Assembly: GCA_964019335.1 (NCBI GenBank)
Contig: OZ025655.1
Span: 186,001-250,000 of the forward strand
DNA length: 64,000 nt
DNA from: Diplonema japonicum
Taxonomy: Eukaryota > Protista > Euglenozoa: Diplonemea
Reading direction: 5' to 3'
The translations under genes and the position numbers were made by a program. The notes below the pieces were generated by a model that saw only the letters and a list, made by a program, of their open reading frames with translations, did not search any database and had not been told where the DNA came from. How positions within the stretch are numbered: the stretch's first letter is position 1; the number at the start of each line of letters is the position of its first letter. This document shows positions 32,552 through 45,200 of the stretch, in pieces.

Positions 32552-32826
32552 CTAGCCACGTCTTCGGAGACCCTCTCATGCCGAGTTATGTAGTCGTGCA
32601 GGTCGCAGTCCTTCCTGTCCAGTACTAATACATTGGGCCTTATGTCATAACTGCGTATAATATTCTTGTGGCCTAGCTTATCAAGGACTCTCTTTTCCAG
32701 AATGCACTCCCTCCGACACGGGTCGTGAGGCACCTTCCACACCTTCTTCCCGCAGCATGTGGTCACGATCTCGTAGATCTCATATCTGGCCGTCGTCTGT
32801 CGGTGCACGACATGTTCTATGTTCAT
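31921..32826 (-). CDS. CAMK-like Ser/Thr kinase, tandem paralogue (301 aa)
   Basis: C-lobe identical to 30944-31786; divergent N-lobe (VWKV lysine retained); TAIQCAWRSILKARR tail. Confidence 0.85.
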   Translation of the reverse strand: MNIEHVVHRQTTARYEIYEIVTTCCGKKVWKVPHDPCRRECILEKRVLDKLGHKNIIRSYDIRPNVLVLDRKDCDLHDYITRHERVSEDVARTIILQVLKGVAYLHSKNIAHRDLKPENILLDESIESVVVCDLGLSLEFNDTTVDRDAVGTTFYQAHEILRMHVERGSTAERTGYEITAVDMWSVGVVLYCLLSGERPWGGTEDVRVMLMHSFDGPSFSSPCWRKVSATAKGFIRRLLARDPSHRMTAVQALHHPWIGDMPATAIQCAWRSILKARRSPSRFCGSPAKCLLRMKHAPNCP

Positions 32827-32897
32827 CAATCTCTACGGTGCTTGCGGCATCACTCATTCACGCAATAAGTCAGCTTAAAGCGAGTCTGGAAAGACTC

Positions 32898-34283
32898 TTA
32901 ACGAAGCCTCTTGGCGCTACTCTGCCTTGTGCGTGGCACGGAGTACTGTCGTGCCTTTTCCAAGGCTATTTGCCTGTCCCATTCGGAGGTCAAATTGCGG
33001 ACCGCCTCCTGTTTCTGCGCTTTGCGGTGCCTTGTTTCGCTAAACAAACTGTGGCAGTGACCTTCTATGCACGATAGCATACTTTTGTATCGCGCTTGAC
33101 ACGATTCTGGCCTCCTCGTCCTTCTCGTGCTGCTTTTGCAGGCTAGCTAGTTCTTTCTTTTCTTTAATCTGCTTACTGAGATCAGCTCTCAGTTGGCTGA
33201 CCTTTTTCTTCGCCACACCTGTACTCAATGGTTCCTGTTTGGGTGAATGAATTTGAAGCACACCTGTGGGATGGGAAGCGGTGCCACCAGAGAGTTTTCG
33301 ATCACGTTGTCCTTGAGGAACGTGAGGTTGCCGCCTCGCTTCCGCCGCTCACTGACCTGCATCCCAAGTGCCTCTGACGTCCTTTTGATGAGCTCCTTTC
33401 TGCAGAGGCTCGCAGCCTTCTCGTGCTCGTCGGCCTCCTGCCACTTCTGGGTGACGTACGCGTTGTAGTTCTTGTCGTCCTGTTGCTGTTTTGCGATGGC
33501 AGCCTCGTGCCTTTCGTAGGCAGACATCATCACGCTCTTGAGGGCCGCACGAGCAGAGGCTGTAGTCTCCCCGTGGGAAGTACGGGTGCCCTTGCTGCTG
33601 GTCCACATCGAGGATGCAGTGATCACACTGGAGGGTCTTCGGCTTGAAGATGTGCGGGGGAGCGAAGAGGTGTCCTGGCCTTGAAGCCAGTGTTGCACAG
33701 ATGAAATAACCTTTTCTTCAGGCTGGAAGGCGGGTGTGGCGGACTTGGCGATGCGGGTGTCGACAATACTGAGAAGGTCGGGAGCGAAAATGAAGGAAAG
33801 GGTCCTCTTGCGAGACTCGAAGCGGCCTAGGTGGGGGAGGGCGGCGTTGAGGTCGGACTGTGCGAGATCGCCGAGGCGGCAGAAGAGAGACTTGATGATG
33901 ATGGTCAGCCTCTCATGCGGGACGCGTGTCAGCAGCTCAATGTGGTGAAGATCGAGCTCACGAGTGTTGCTGCACTTGTTGCTTGTTTCACCCTTAACAG
34001 CACACGCCTCTGCGAAGGCCTTGTTCATCACAAACCGCATCACTGGTATGTCATCTTCCGCTCGTCGTGTCGCGCTCCACCACCCTATACACCCTACGAG
34101 CACAGCACCGCCAGTCCATCTCTCTCCTAGCATCTCCAACAGCTGCTGTCTCAACACCTTCCCAATGGCATGCCAGCACCTCTTCAACCTGTTTTCACTT
34201 ATCTTCAATGACTCACCCAAGCTCTTTGGGCCCTGACCATAAACATCCTTCAGCAGGTCGGTCTCAGTGATTGCATGCTTCAT
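32898..34283 (-). CDS. CCDC81-like protein (tandem HU-like domains + coiled coil; ~440 aa, 3 exons)
   Basis: Pattern CWHAIGKVLRQQL..GAVLVGCIGWW..MRFVMNKAF..LDLHHI..IIKSLFCRLG..LPHLGRF..LSFIF recalls HU-CCDC81. Introns 33235-33263 and 33049-33082 join ORFs 33225-34307, 33040-33261 and 32898-33080 in frame. Confidence 0.65.
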
Positions 34284-34978
34284 CCCCTTTCTGATAAAGT
34301 GTTGCAAGAAGAATTCTTGTTTTAAGGTAATATAATAAAGAAGGAAAACACAAATATATACCTAACAGGGCTTGCCGGGGGTAGTGGCGGGGTGCTGGGA
34401 GGAGGTGAGGGGGGGATGGGAAAAAGGAATTCCAAGCTCCAAGCTCTTCTTCTTTTACCCTTTAGCGGAGTATCGTAACAAACACAACAGAATCTCTCTG
34501 CTGCGGACAACGGTGGAGGACTCGAGAGATCTGGAGACAACCCCACCCATTCTTTCTCACTTCTTCTGTTCTTTTGAAAACCTGTTCACAGACAGGGGAA
34601 AAAAACTCTTTTCGCACATACAAAAAAAAAAAGAGAGAGAGACAGCTCCCTTACCTTTATTTACCCGTTGGTAAAAGAAAAGGTGGGGGGGTAAAGATGT
34701 AAACTAACGCCTCATTAAATCCAAAAAAAGTGACCTGAAAGCAAACGCCCACTGAAATGAAAAAAAAAAAACAAGAAAAATGCCTTCAGCATTTATCTAG
34801 CTGCTGAAACACGGAAGAGAACCAATCTTGTCCCCCCCCCCCCGGAAGCATCAGGAGTAAAAAAAAAAAAGAAATAATGAGGCGCATTAAAAGAAAAAAA
34901 ATGACAAATAAATAAAAAGAAAATTTACCCGAAATAGAAAAAAAACAAAGGGGGGGGGGGGCTTAATAGGATTTTCTT

Positions 34979-37900
34979 TCACACAAAAAGCTCAAGACCA
35001 GAGCTGTTGTGACCTTCACTGTATAGTTCGTCACAGGTTGCATGGAAGAGGGCGAGAAAGCTAATGTTTTGTGTGATAACGCTACGCTGCCGCAACATCT
35101 TTGAGTACAGAGCACGCCGACAACGCGACTCAGCCAACTTCACAGCATATTCACGCATCGCTACAGAACGTCTATACGAGGCGCCAATATATGTGGAAGC
35201 ATAGTACTGGTCCAGAGTAACTCTCTTGTTCCTGTAACGAAGCGTGGGCAGCGCACGTATATCAGGAAAGTGGTTTCTCCAACCCTCTTCATGCTCTTTT
35301 ATCTCAATCTCCGAAAGAGAGACCCCGATGCTGAAACGTGCCAGAGGGATAAGCACCTCAACGAAATGTATAACACCACCGTGTTCGGGAATGCAGAACT
35401 TCCCCACCTTTTGTAGAAGTTCGATTCGAGAATATTCGGACGTAACGCCCAATGGCTGACCCAGCATCCTCAGTAACGAGGGGAACCTGTTTGTCGCTAT
35501 CAGCAAATCACCGTGAGGGTCGAATCGTGACCAACACGCTACGAATTTGTTCAAATCGCTCATTCTAACCTTGGACCGCTCCACGTGCACTGTAGTGCTG
35601 AAATTGTCTAAGATAATCGCGATGAACAGATTCAACATCACCTGTGCTGCAATAAGCAAAAACGATATAAAGTACAACGGGGGTTTCCATGTGTCGGCCC
35701 CGCAATCAACCCCTTCGGTGCAGTCCGGCGGCTGCACCATCAAATCGTGCATGATGCCGTTCCAGTCCTCCCCTGTGCAGGTTCGAAACAGCAACAACAT
35801 CGCCGACCCGAAATTATCGAAGTTCGCGTGGTACGTCAGGTACTCACCCCACTTCACACCGCTGAACAGGTTCACGCCTAGCGTGCTGTAGATGAAAAAC
35901 ACGAGACCCAGAAACAAAAATATGTTGCTGAGGTACGGGATGGAGTACCACAAGGTCTCCAACAAGACTCGCATGCCTTTTGAGGATCGCAGCAAACGCA
36001 CCATGCGCAGCACTCTAATGAGCTTCACAGTGGACGTCCATGATGCATTCGAGCTAAGCGTGAGGCTCGCCATGGCGAAGATTACCAAAATAAAGTCGAA
36101 GCGGTTCCACGTGTCTCTGAAGTACGCTGTGCGCCAGGCGTGCAGCTTGATGATCGCCTCCAGGATAAAGAAACTCGAGCATGCCATGTCCAGATAGTTG
36201 AGAACATCGACCCAATTGCTGTCGTGATGGTCGACTGCCATGATCAGGACGTTGATTACAATCACGCTGAGCACTGCTGTTTCAAACTCTTTGGACCTCG
36301 CGATCGAACTTGTAACCCAACGCAAGCCCCGTTTCGACTCAGGCATGATCACGATTGGGCGGAAGGTCAGGAGCAGCCTCTGCATCTCGATCCACCGTTC
36401 CTGCTCCGGTGACAACAGGGCACGGCCCTCCATATGCTTCTTCTCGACGTTGTAGTTGAAGATGACAACTCCGACAAATAAGTTCAACACGAAGAAAGAC
36501 CCGATTATGATGAACAGAATGAAGTACAGCCCGACGAGCGGCGATGCGTTCCGCTCTGGGCCGTGCCCCCTGTCCGTCCCGTCGATTGTGTTGTACATGA
36601 TCTTGGACCACAGCTCGAGAGTGGAGACCTCGAAGAGGGTGAGCAGAGCGGAGAGGATATTGTTAAAGTTCTGGTCGCGGATGCGCCACCTGCGCCACAC
36701 AAGCGTGTCGTTCCCTCCAAGTTGATAGAAGGTAGGGTCAACCCCCACGCAGGCTATCTCGGTGTGGATTGAGGGGTCGCTGCAGTAGTGGAGCTTTCCA
36801 CCAAATAGTTGTACACCTAAAATTGCGAAAACCAGGAAAATCAAAAACACCACCACAGCTACGTTGGCCACGCCAGGCAGCGTCCGGAGCAACGCCCGCA
36901 CCACAACCTTGAGCCCCACGTTCCTGTTTACCACTCGCAAGGGTCGCAGTGCTCGTAGGGTTCTGAACACCTTCACTATCTTGAAGTTTGCGAACACCAA
37001 TGCTAGCACCGAGATGCACACCACGGCTGCGTCGAGGATGTTCCACCCGTCGCGCAGGTAAGCACCCTTCCCACGCACCAGACCGAAGGCTATGATCTTC
37101 ATCACCATCTCTGCTATAAAGAGTGCCGTGAATATAATATTGAGAATCTCCAGTGCGGAGTTGTCGTCAGGAGCAGCGTTGGGGTCTTCTACAGCCAGAA
37201 GGACCGAGGAAGCTGTGATGATGATCAGAATGAACTTCTCGAACCACGGGTGCGTGACCACGAAGGTGAGCAAGACCCGCAGCGTGTTCGTAGAGGAGAA
37301 CACACGGAGTGAATACCCCCCGTTCGTCTCCGGAAACGGGAACTTATGCCGCAGAGACCTTGTGGCCAACACTGCCAAAGCACCCCCTAGTTGCTCTCCC
37401 GAGGATGTGTGCACATAAATCTCGAAGTGGTCATGCTCGTCTTCGGTTACTATCTCACTGAACTCTGATAACGCGGGAGCTAGGAAGGACGAGTGAGTGG
37501 ACCCCTGCGGGAAGGAAAACTTATCCAGCGACTGCAGCTTGGCCAGGAGAATAGCAGTCTCCTGCTCCTTTGAGTCGTCCCCGTCGTCATCCTCTTGATT
37601 CATATTTATGTCGAAGGAGTTAATAAGAATGGCGAGGAATAGGTTCAAGATGATGAAGTCGCCCACAAGGACCAACCCGACGAAATAGAGACAGGCAGCA
37701 GGGCTAGTCTCCCGCATGGCTGTCCACATGGGGCTCATCCAGTCATCGCGCGTGAGGATCTGGAAGACAGTGAGGAGGGACCAATAGAAGGAATCAAAGG
37801 TAGCACGGGGGGGCTCTTCGTTCTTATGGTTGAACGAACCACCGAAGAGCTGCATGCCCACTAGTGCCGCGATGAACAGGTACAACACGATAATGACGTT

Positions 37901-39490
37901 GAGGTACCCAGTGTCGGAGACTGCTTTGAGCACCACGCGCACCAAGCTGCGCAGAGAAGGAAAGTCCTTCATCAGCTTAAAGACTCGGAGAAGGCGCAGG
38001 GCACGGAACACACTCACCGATGTCGAGGACGCAAGAACCAGCTCCACAACAGACACCACCACCACACAGCCATCCAGTATGTTGAAGTAGTCCCTCGTGT
38101 ACTGTCGTGCACCCATCGCAACAAGCTTCACAATCATCTCCCCTGTGAAGACGCCCGTCAGCACCAAATTCGCGTAGTTCAAGAACAACGTCAGTTCCTT
38201 CGGCTGCCCTTCATGTTCCACCGCAAGCAGGACCGTATTTACAAAGATAAAAATCACAATAATCCACTGGAACACAGTGTGCACAGCCACACGTGCTATG
38301 GCCTGCCGCATGCACTGCCATCTGCTGGGGCGCTCCGCCACTTTCCGCTCCTTGTCCTCTTCGTCAATTATGCGTTGCAGTGCCTCCGTGATTTCTATAG
38401 TGGATTGCATGTCCTTTGTCCAGTGGAACTTCTCTGAGATGACAGCCAGCGCTAAGTTGAGGATGAAGAACGATCCGAAGATGATGAGCGGCACAAAGTA
38501 CAGAAGTGCCATGTGCCCCCACAGGTCCTGCACCCTGTAGAGCTGGTCTGTCCATCCCTCGAGAGTCACGCATTGGAAGATGACGAGGAAGGCGTAGCCT
38601 ATGTGGTCGAAGTTGACGAATCCATAGTCGGGGTTCTTGAATGGGAGACAGGTGAGGTGGCTCGGACAGGAACGCCCGAGAAAGGTATTTGAAGAATTGC
38701 GGCAGAACTGGCCCTCGGAGCTGGGGTACCCGGGGGGCTCCATGGTAGAGGGGTCGAGGCAGCGGTTGCGGTAGAGGCCTTTGAAGAGTTGCACGCCAAG
38801 AATTCCAAATACGGTGAAGAAGAACAGGATAAGCATGAGAACGTTCATGAGACCCTGGATGGAGAGGAAGAGAGCATTGACGATGGAACGCAGGCCAGGG
38901 ATACCATTGATGGAACGCAGGGGGCGGAGCACTCTCACAATGCGAACCGCAGAAAAGTTCCCGACACCAGGGAGGAAGGCCAACCATGCTAGACAGACGA
39001 TGGCAAAGTCCATGCGGTTCCATGCATTACGGAGGTAGGAATGCTTGTGAAGAACAAACCCCTGCGCGAAGACCTTCAGCACCATCTCTATCGTGAAGAG
39101 TGCACTGAAAACAATCTCTGTATAAAATGCATAAAGAGGCTCCTCGGACGATGTCGGGTCGTCGAAGGCTAGCACCACACAATTTGCGAAAATCAAAACA
39201 ATCACAGCGCCTTCGAACTGTTTCGTCTGCGTCAGCCTATATACAATCACCCTTACGGGATCTGAACCAGAAAACCCGCATAATGCGCTGTACTGTAATG
39301 CCTTTGGAGTGCCCGTCTCCTCCTCGTCATTGTTCATCATGTATATCTCTTCCTCGCTGTCGTCTCGTCCCCCTATTTCCTCTTGAATCATCGTGTTTGC
39401 TATCGACCTCAGTTTTGTTATGCGTGTTTGCGTTTCGACTAAGCTTGGCTTTCTCATGAGGACCCCCTCGTCTCTCTCCTTTTCCTCCAT
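34979..39490 (-). CDS. Four-domain voltage-gated Ca2+ channel alpha-1 subunit (1503 aa)
   Basis: 4x6TM; S4 segments VRIVRVLRPLR, FRALRLLRVFK, FRTLRALRPLR, IRVLRMVRLLR; pore loops TLEGW/TRDDW/TLELW/TGEDW; NLFIAIILDNF; EF-hand-like WSRFDP. Confidence 0.95.
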   Translation of the reverse strand: MEEKERDEGVLMRKPSLVETQTRITKLRSIANTMIQEEIGGRDDSEEEIYMMNNDEEETGTPKALQYSALCGFSGSDPVRVIVYRLTQTKQFEGAVIVLIFANCVVLAFDDPTSSEEPLYAFYTEIVFSALFTIEMVLKVFAQGFVLHKHSYLRNAWNRMDFAIVCLAWLAFLPGVGNFSAVRIVRVLRPLRSINGIPGLRSIVNALFLSIQGLMNVLMLILFFFTVFGILGVQLFKGLYRNRCLDPSTMEPPGYPSSEGQFCRNSSNTFLGRSCPSHLTCLPFKNPDYGFVNFDHIGYAFLVIFQCVTLEGWTDQLYRVQDLWGHMALLYFVPLIIFGSFFILNLALAVISEKFHWTKDMQSTIEITEALQRIIDEEDKERKVAERPSRWQCMRQAIARVAVHTVFQWIIVIFIFVNTVLLAVEHEGQPKELTLFLNYANLVLTGVFTGEMIVKLVAMGARQYTRDYFNILDGCVVVVSVVELVLASSTSVSVFRALRLLRVFKLMKDFPSLRSLVRVVLKAVSDTGYLNVIIVLYLFIAALVGMQLFGGSFNHKNEEPPRATFDSFYWSLLTVFQILTRDDWMSPMWTAMRETSPAACLYFVGLVLVGDFIILNLFLAILINSFDINMNQEDDDGDDSKEQETAILLAKLQSLDKFSFPQGSTHSSFLAPALSEFSEIVTEDEHDHFEIYVHTSSGEQLGGALAVLATRSLRHKFPFPETNGGYSLRVFSSTNTLRVLLTFVVTHPWFEKFILIIITASSVLLAVEDPNAAPDDNSALEILNIIFTALFIAEMVMKIIAFGLVRGKGAYLRDGWNILDAAVVCISVLALVFANFKIVKVFRTLRALRPLRVVNRNVGLKVVVRALLRTLPGVANVAVVVFLIFLVFAILGVQLFGGKLHYCSDPSIHTEIACVGVDPTFYQLGGNDTLVWRRWRIRDQNFNNILSALLTLFEVSTLELWSKIMYNTIDGTDRGHGPERNASPLVGLYFILFIIIGSFFVLNLFVGVVIFNYNVEKKHMEGRALLSPEQERWIEMQRLLLTFRPIVIMPESKRGLRWVTSSIARSKEFETAVLSVIVINVLIMAVDHHDSNWVDVLNYLDMACSSFFILEAIIKLHAWRTAYFRDTWNRFDFILVIFAMASLTLSSNASWTSTVKLIRVLRMVRLLRSSKGMRVLLETLWYSIPYLSNIFLFLGLVFFIYSTLGVNLFSGVKWGEYLTYHANFDNFGSAMLLLFRTCTGEDWNGIMHDLMVQPPDCTEGVDCGADTWKPPLYFISFLLIAAQVMLNLFIAIILDNFSTTVHVERSKVRMSDLNKFVACWSRFDPHGDLLIATNRFPSLLRMLGQPLGVTSEYSRIELLQKVGKFCIPEHGGVIHFVEVLIPLARFSIGVSLSEIEIKEHEEGWRNHFPDIRALPTLRYRNKRVTLDQYYASTYIGASYRRSVAMREYAVKLAESRCRRALYSKMLRQRSVITQNISFLALFHATCDELYSEGHNSSGLELFV

Positions 39491-42284
39491 TTCTTCTTCG
39501 TGCTTTTTTCTTTTTTATTTTTCTTCTTTTCTTTTTTTCTTTTCCTCGACTGCTAAATCTTCGCTGTACTCCGTGCCATCTTTTCCTGTCGCTTTCTCTT
39601 TTTATTCAAACACGGCAACACCCACCCACCCTCCTTTGTGAAATGGAAGGACAAAAAAAAAAGAGGGGGATGAAAAAAAGGGGGGGGGGAATAATTTTGA
39701 ACTTCATCTTTCAAAAAAATAAAAACAAAAAAAAAAGATAACAATAGCAGAAATGGGGAACATGGGAATTCGTGGAAAGCGATGGGGAAGGGGGAGAAGT
39801 GAAATATGAGAAAAAAAAATGGAAAATCTTTTTTTTTTTGAAAGGGAGAGTGAGAGGAAGAAAAAAACACAATGGGGGGGGGGGGGGGGGGGTGAGTTAT
39901 TTGAGACTGAGGGAGGAAGAAGAGGAAAGAGAGGAAGGCACTAAGAAAAAAAGGAAAAGAAACTCAAAGAGAGAGGCCTTCTATCCTCCTCACCCTTCTT
40001 CTTGTCCGTTCTTTTCAAATCCCCCCCCCCCCTCACCCCTATGCCTTCCTGCCTAAAACTTGGATGGGATATGGGATATGTGCAAAGACAGGGGGGGTGT
40101 TGAGTTCACAAATAATTGACAAACAAGAAAAAGAAAAAAGAGGAGGGGGGGACAGTTTTGTTTCCCCCCTCATCTTTTATTTCCTTGTTCTCACCTCTTT
40201 TCTTTTTTTTTTTTCCCTTTCCCCCCCTTCATTCTTGTTCATTTCTGTGTACCAGGCATACAGCTAACGAAAAAAAAAAGAAAAAGCTGGAAGGGAGGGG
40301 GGGGGGGGGGTATCTTAGAGAAAGCGCATTTTGAAAAGAAAACTACAAAAGGGAGGGGGAAGGGAAGGGGGTAAAGGGACATAATGAGGCTTATAAAAAA
40401 GGGGTAGATAAGGTGGGAGCGAAAACAAAAAAAAAAAAGAGGGAGGGCGGGGAGAGAGAGGAAAAAAAAAAAAGGTAGGGGAGGCACATGAAACGGAAGA
40501 AAAACTAGTCAAGACACTTTCTTTTTTTTATAATCTGGTACAAGTTAACGGCCAGCTCCCTGTAGATGCTACCTAGAGACATGGGGGAGGGGGGAAAAAC
40601 GAAAAAAAAGAGTGAAATTATAGGGTACCAGGCAGGGAGGGTATTTATAACTAGAATCCTGCTACTATTTTGGTCGGTTGCAAAAAAAAAGTTTAAGAAA
40701 AATGGGGATCACTCAGCTTTTCTTTTCGCCCTCTATTCTCCCCCCCTTCCCCCTCCCCCCTCTTTATGTGCTCTAGGTGACAGCCCTCTTTTCTTAAGTC
40801 AGCAAGCGTTTCTGCACAGTATCCATTTTGTTTGTTTGTTCCATTTCTTTCTGTTTTTTTTTTTTTTTTTTCCCAGTTGTTACAAGTTTTTTTTTTTTTT
40901 TGTTAAATTTTCCTTTATCTTTTACCCTTTTTTTCTTTTTTTTTCTTGTACCTTTCTCTCTCTCTCACTCTCTCCCATCTCTTTTTTTCTTTTTTTTTTT
41001 TTTTTTTTTTTAATAACAACATCACTACCGCCTTGACCCCCCCCCCGAGAAAAAAACAAATACAAAAAAATCACCAATCATTGAATGGAGTAAGGTCCTA
41101 GGACAGAGAGGGGGACATACAAGAAATAAAATCATCAAAAGAAGACAAAGGGGGTATGCTTTCTTTTTTTAACTTTATTCCAGCCCCCTCACCCCCTAAG
41201 CACCTCCCCCTCCTTCCCTCCCCTTTTTTTACAGTAACTACGGCTTTCGACTGCAATTCTCCTTTTATTTTATTCTTTTTTTTCCCCCCCCTCCCATATC
41301 TTCTTGTTTATATAACCTAGCTTTTTTTTTTTCTTCTTCTAGCTGCATGTTTCTTTTTTCCTTTTTTTTTTCTCTTTCAAAAAAAAAAGGAAGAAGGGTG
41401 GGGGGGAAAAAAAAAAAGAAAAAAATGGGGTCAGAGAGGAGAGAAAGGCAGGAGGAAAGGGGGAATTCTGGGATACATGAGTAGTGGGGGGGGGGGAATA
41501 TAAAAAAAAAAGAAAAAAATTTAAAGCAAATACAAAGTAAAGGTTCCCTGCTCCATGCATCTGAAAAAGTAATAAAAAGAGGAAGAAAAAAAAAGAAGGT
41601 AATCTATTTAAAAAGGGAAATAGGCATTGGGGGGGGGGGGGGAACATTTATTCCAGGTTTAACTGCCCCGGAACCGTATACCTAGTCCATCTTTCTATAG
41701 AAAACTAATTCCCCTTCTCCCCCTTTTCTTGTTTTCTTTTTCTATGTACTGTAAACACAAAAAAAAAAGTGAATTTCTTCTAAAGTGGACCGTTCTCTTT
41801 CAAAAAAAAAATTCTTTTTTGTGCAGCCGATCACTAACATCACTGCATTCTACAGATAAGGCCTCAGCCAGCCTCTTCTCCTTACTTTTCGGTGCAAAAT
41901 CAATTCTCTTCTGAGGAAATGCCCAGTGAGTGATTCGCTTTTATTTCTTGGTTTACAGTATTTCTTGTTTTTTTTTGTTTTTGTTTTTTATTCCAATTGA
42001 AATTTTTCCCTTTTTTTTTTTTGAAAATCTTATTTTTCAGAAAAGTAAAAAAACTATCGCTATGGGAGTGGGGGGTGAATAAAGGGGGTGGTAGAACATC
42101 AAAGAACTAAGGCGTAAAGGAAAAAAAAAAAAAAAAGAAAGAAAAAAAGAACAGCCCCTGCTACAACTACACTTAATAAATAAAGAAGATGAAAGGAGCA
42201 AAGAAAAAAGGAGGACGGGGGGGGGGGGGGGGGGGGAGACAAGGGAAGAATAAAAAAGAACGAAAAAAAAAAAAAAAAAAAAAA

Positions 42285-45200
42285 CTACGCCTTTTGAATT
42301 TGATCGAGGGGTATCCCGTCCGAGTGCTGGCCATCATGCCATTTCACTTCATAAGAACCATCAGCTGCCTGGGACCAGATAGTGGCGTCGTACCACTGGC
42401 CATCCAAGTAGAGGACCTTGACCTTCTCATCAATTTCATACTTCTCAGGAGCATACGAGGTGCTGTAGTAAGACTGGGACTGGGAACCAGAGGGACTGCT
42501 GTAGCTGTCCTCATAGTACGAGGTCTCACCCTTATCCATGTCCCCTGTTGCACCCCTGGAGTGGGGGGGCGACTGGGTGTGGCTGTTGTATGGCTGCAGC
42601 TCCTTGGTCGGTCCTTGGGGGCTGTCGTAGTTCTCAGACCTCCTGTTCTCTTCTGTCCCCTTCTGGCTCTTGTTCTTCTTGCCCTTCATCAAGCAAGCAA
42701 TAATGATGATCACCAAGCACAGGAACAGCAGGCATCCTGCGATGATAAGGATCCACTCCCATGTCTCCAAGGAGTCATCATCATCACCGTTCTGAGTGGG
42801 CCCGAAGGTTGACGTTCCATCGCTGTTCACGAGCACGCTCTTCCTGTCCGGGTTCTGCCCCGACAGGCTGCAGCTCAGCCCGTCCCAGCACCTCTGCACG
42901 TCAGTGTTGATCCTGCTAGTCGCGTCCACCAGCTGCTGGTCGTTGTACCCCGCGATGTCGAAGTCCACGTACACCACGTCGTTGGACTGCAGCACATCCG
43001 CGACACGCCCAGTGGGCGAGATCCTGCACGCAGAGGTGGCACTGCAAATCGCCTTGTTCCAGCACGTGGCCTCCGGGCAGACCCAGTTGACCACAACGTT
43101 TACATTGGCGCCAAGGATAGATCGGATGGCGGCCGTGAACTGGGCCACGTTGAAGCCGTTGACTGTCTGCTTCAACGCGATCCTCATGTTCCTGTACAGG
43201 ATGCCAGTGCCGGCATTGCCGATGATGACCTGAATAGGTGACAGTGCTGTCGTGATGCCGCTCCTGTGGACGCTGCAGTCCAGGAAGGTGCTCCCCGCCT
43301 TGGCAGGTGTGAAGACCAGGTTGCCGATGTTACCGGTCACGATGGGAAGGACTACGGTGCCGATAAAGAGGGTGGAGTCCCTGGCGGTGCAGAAGGCGTC
43401 GGCGCCGGGGGTGACAGAGGTCAGGATGTTGGCGGCGGTGAATGCGTTGCCGATGCGGCTAGCATCCACGTTGACGACAGCGGGCGAGATGACTACAGCA
43501 GTGGGGGCACCAGGGAGCGTAGTGGGGACCGGAGTCGACTGTGTCCCGGTGAGGCATGTGAAGATGATGTTGACGCTGCTGAAGGTGCTGGTGCTGCTAA
43601 CCCTCTGGTTCCACACACCGGACACAAGAGCGGAGGTACGGGCCAAACCTGGGCAGTTGGTGGTGGTGATGCTGTTTCTGTCGTTCTGCGAGGAGTGCAA
43701 TTGGTTCGGCTAGCATACCCTTGAGGCGATGTACCAGAAGTTGTCACTGGAGCACCTGTAAACAAACCACTGGGCGTCGTTTGACCAGTAGGTGGACATG
43801 CCGTTGACAACGTTGAGTGAGTCCCTGAAAGCGTACGGTGTGCTGTAACCTCATACCTGGTGTACGTGGTGGAGAGGGCTCCGGTTATGCTGAACCCTGA
43901 GAGAGAGTACCTCGTGCAGGCAGTGGGGGTGGTGGTTGGCGTCGGGGTAGGGACGACTCCCCCGTTGTTGATAGTGTACACAGCACTGCCAATGTTGGAG
44001 TCTGTAGTGGCTATGGTCAGAGGGTCATGTTGACATACTTGTGAAGCCAGTCATGGTAGCGATGGCCCTGATGGTGGTGGTACCTTGCGTCGCAAAGTTG
44101 AAGCTTCCCATGTAACGGAGGCTGGAAGTAGTAGGGTTAGTCCCGTCGGTAGTGTAGTAGATGATGGCGTTAGTAGTCGAGGTGATGGTGACAGTGATAG
44201 CGTTGTTGTACGAGCCGCCCAGAGGTGCAAAGGCGGGCGTCAAGAGCTGCAAGATGGTGGTAGGAGTAGGAGTGGGGGGCACAGTGAAGTCAGGCGGGTA
44301 CGTCCCGGTGCAAGGGCACTTGCAGACACCATTGTGGACAAGAGGGTCATTGTTTTGACCGCTGTCGCACTGGAAGAACTGCTGCTCAGGGGGGGGCTGG
44401 TTCACACAAGTGTAAACATTCTTGCTCAAGCAAGCAGAGCAGGCGTCACCGTTGCAAGAAAACGAGGAAGCGTTGAACTGCCTCGAGAACCTGGCAACCT
44501 GGCCCTCGTACGTCAATTCAATAGTGACGGTGGTAACCCCGCTTCTCTTAGGGGAGCAGTAATCAAGGCGGTAAGCGGCAGTGTCGGTACCCTGGGTGAG
44601 GGCGATGATCTGGTTCGCTACCTTGTCGAACTCTGCAACAATTCCATCAGTGTTCTGGGCAAGCGAAGCACCCGCTGGTGCAAGACGAGCCAACGACGCG
44701 GAGTCGAGACCCATCACACCATCACCTATTGTGTGCTGTATTTAATGGTTATTGACATACGTCTCTCGCCCTGAATGCCCACTCCGTACACATCAAGGGT
44801 GTAGTCGGTTTTCGCTTGTGCGAGGGCTGCAAGCGCCTCAGCTTCCGTGTTACGGCTGGCCTGGTAATTGTTTTGTTTTCCCATTAGCAAAGCTATACCT
44901 GGTCAGTACCGTCGGTGAAGAGCACCATGTAAGGCTTTTGCCTCCACACGAAAGCCCCGACCTCAGCCCTCATGACCTGCTCGGCGTTGATGACGGCGCC
45001 GTACAGGTTGGTAGAGTCGTCCTGGCAGAAGCTCCCCCCTGCCTCCATGCACGACCAGGCATTCATTCTCTGTGTTAATGTATGCCAATCCTGTTCTAGT
45101 ACATACCGCAATGCTCGTCTGGGTGTTGGACGTGAACCCCTGGATCCTCTGGATGCCCGCCCTACCGTCAAATGCGTAGATAGCAACATTGTGCGTCACA

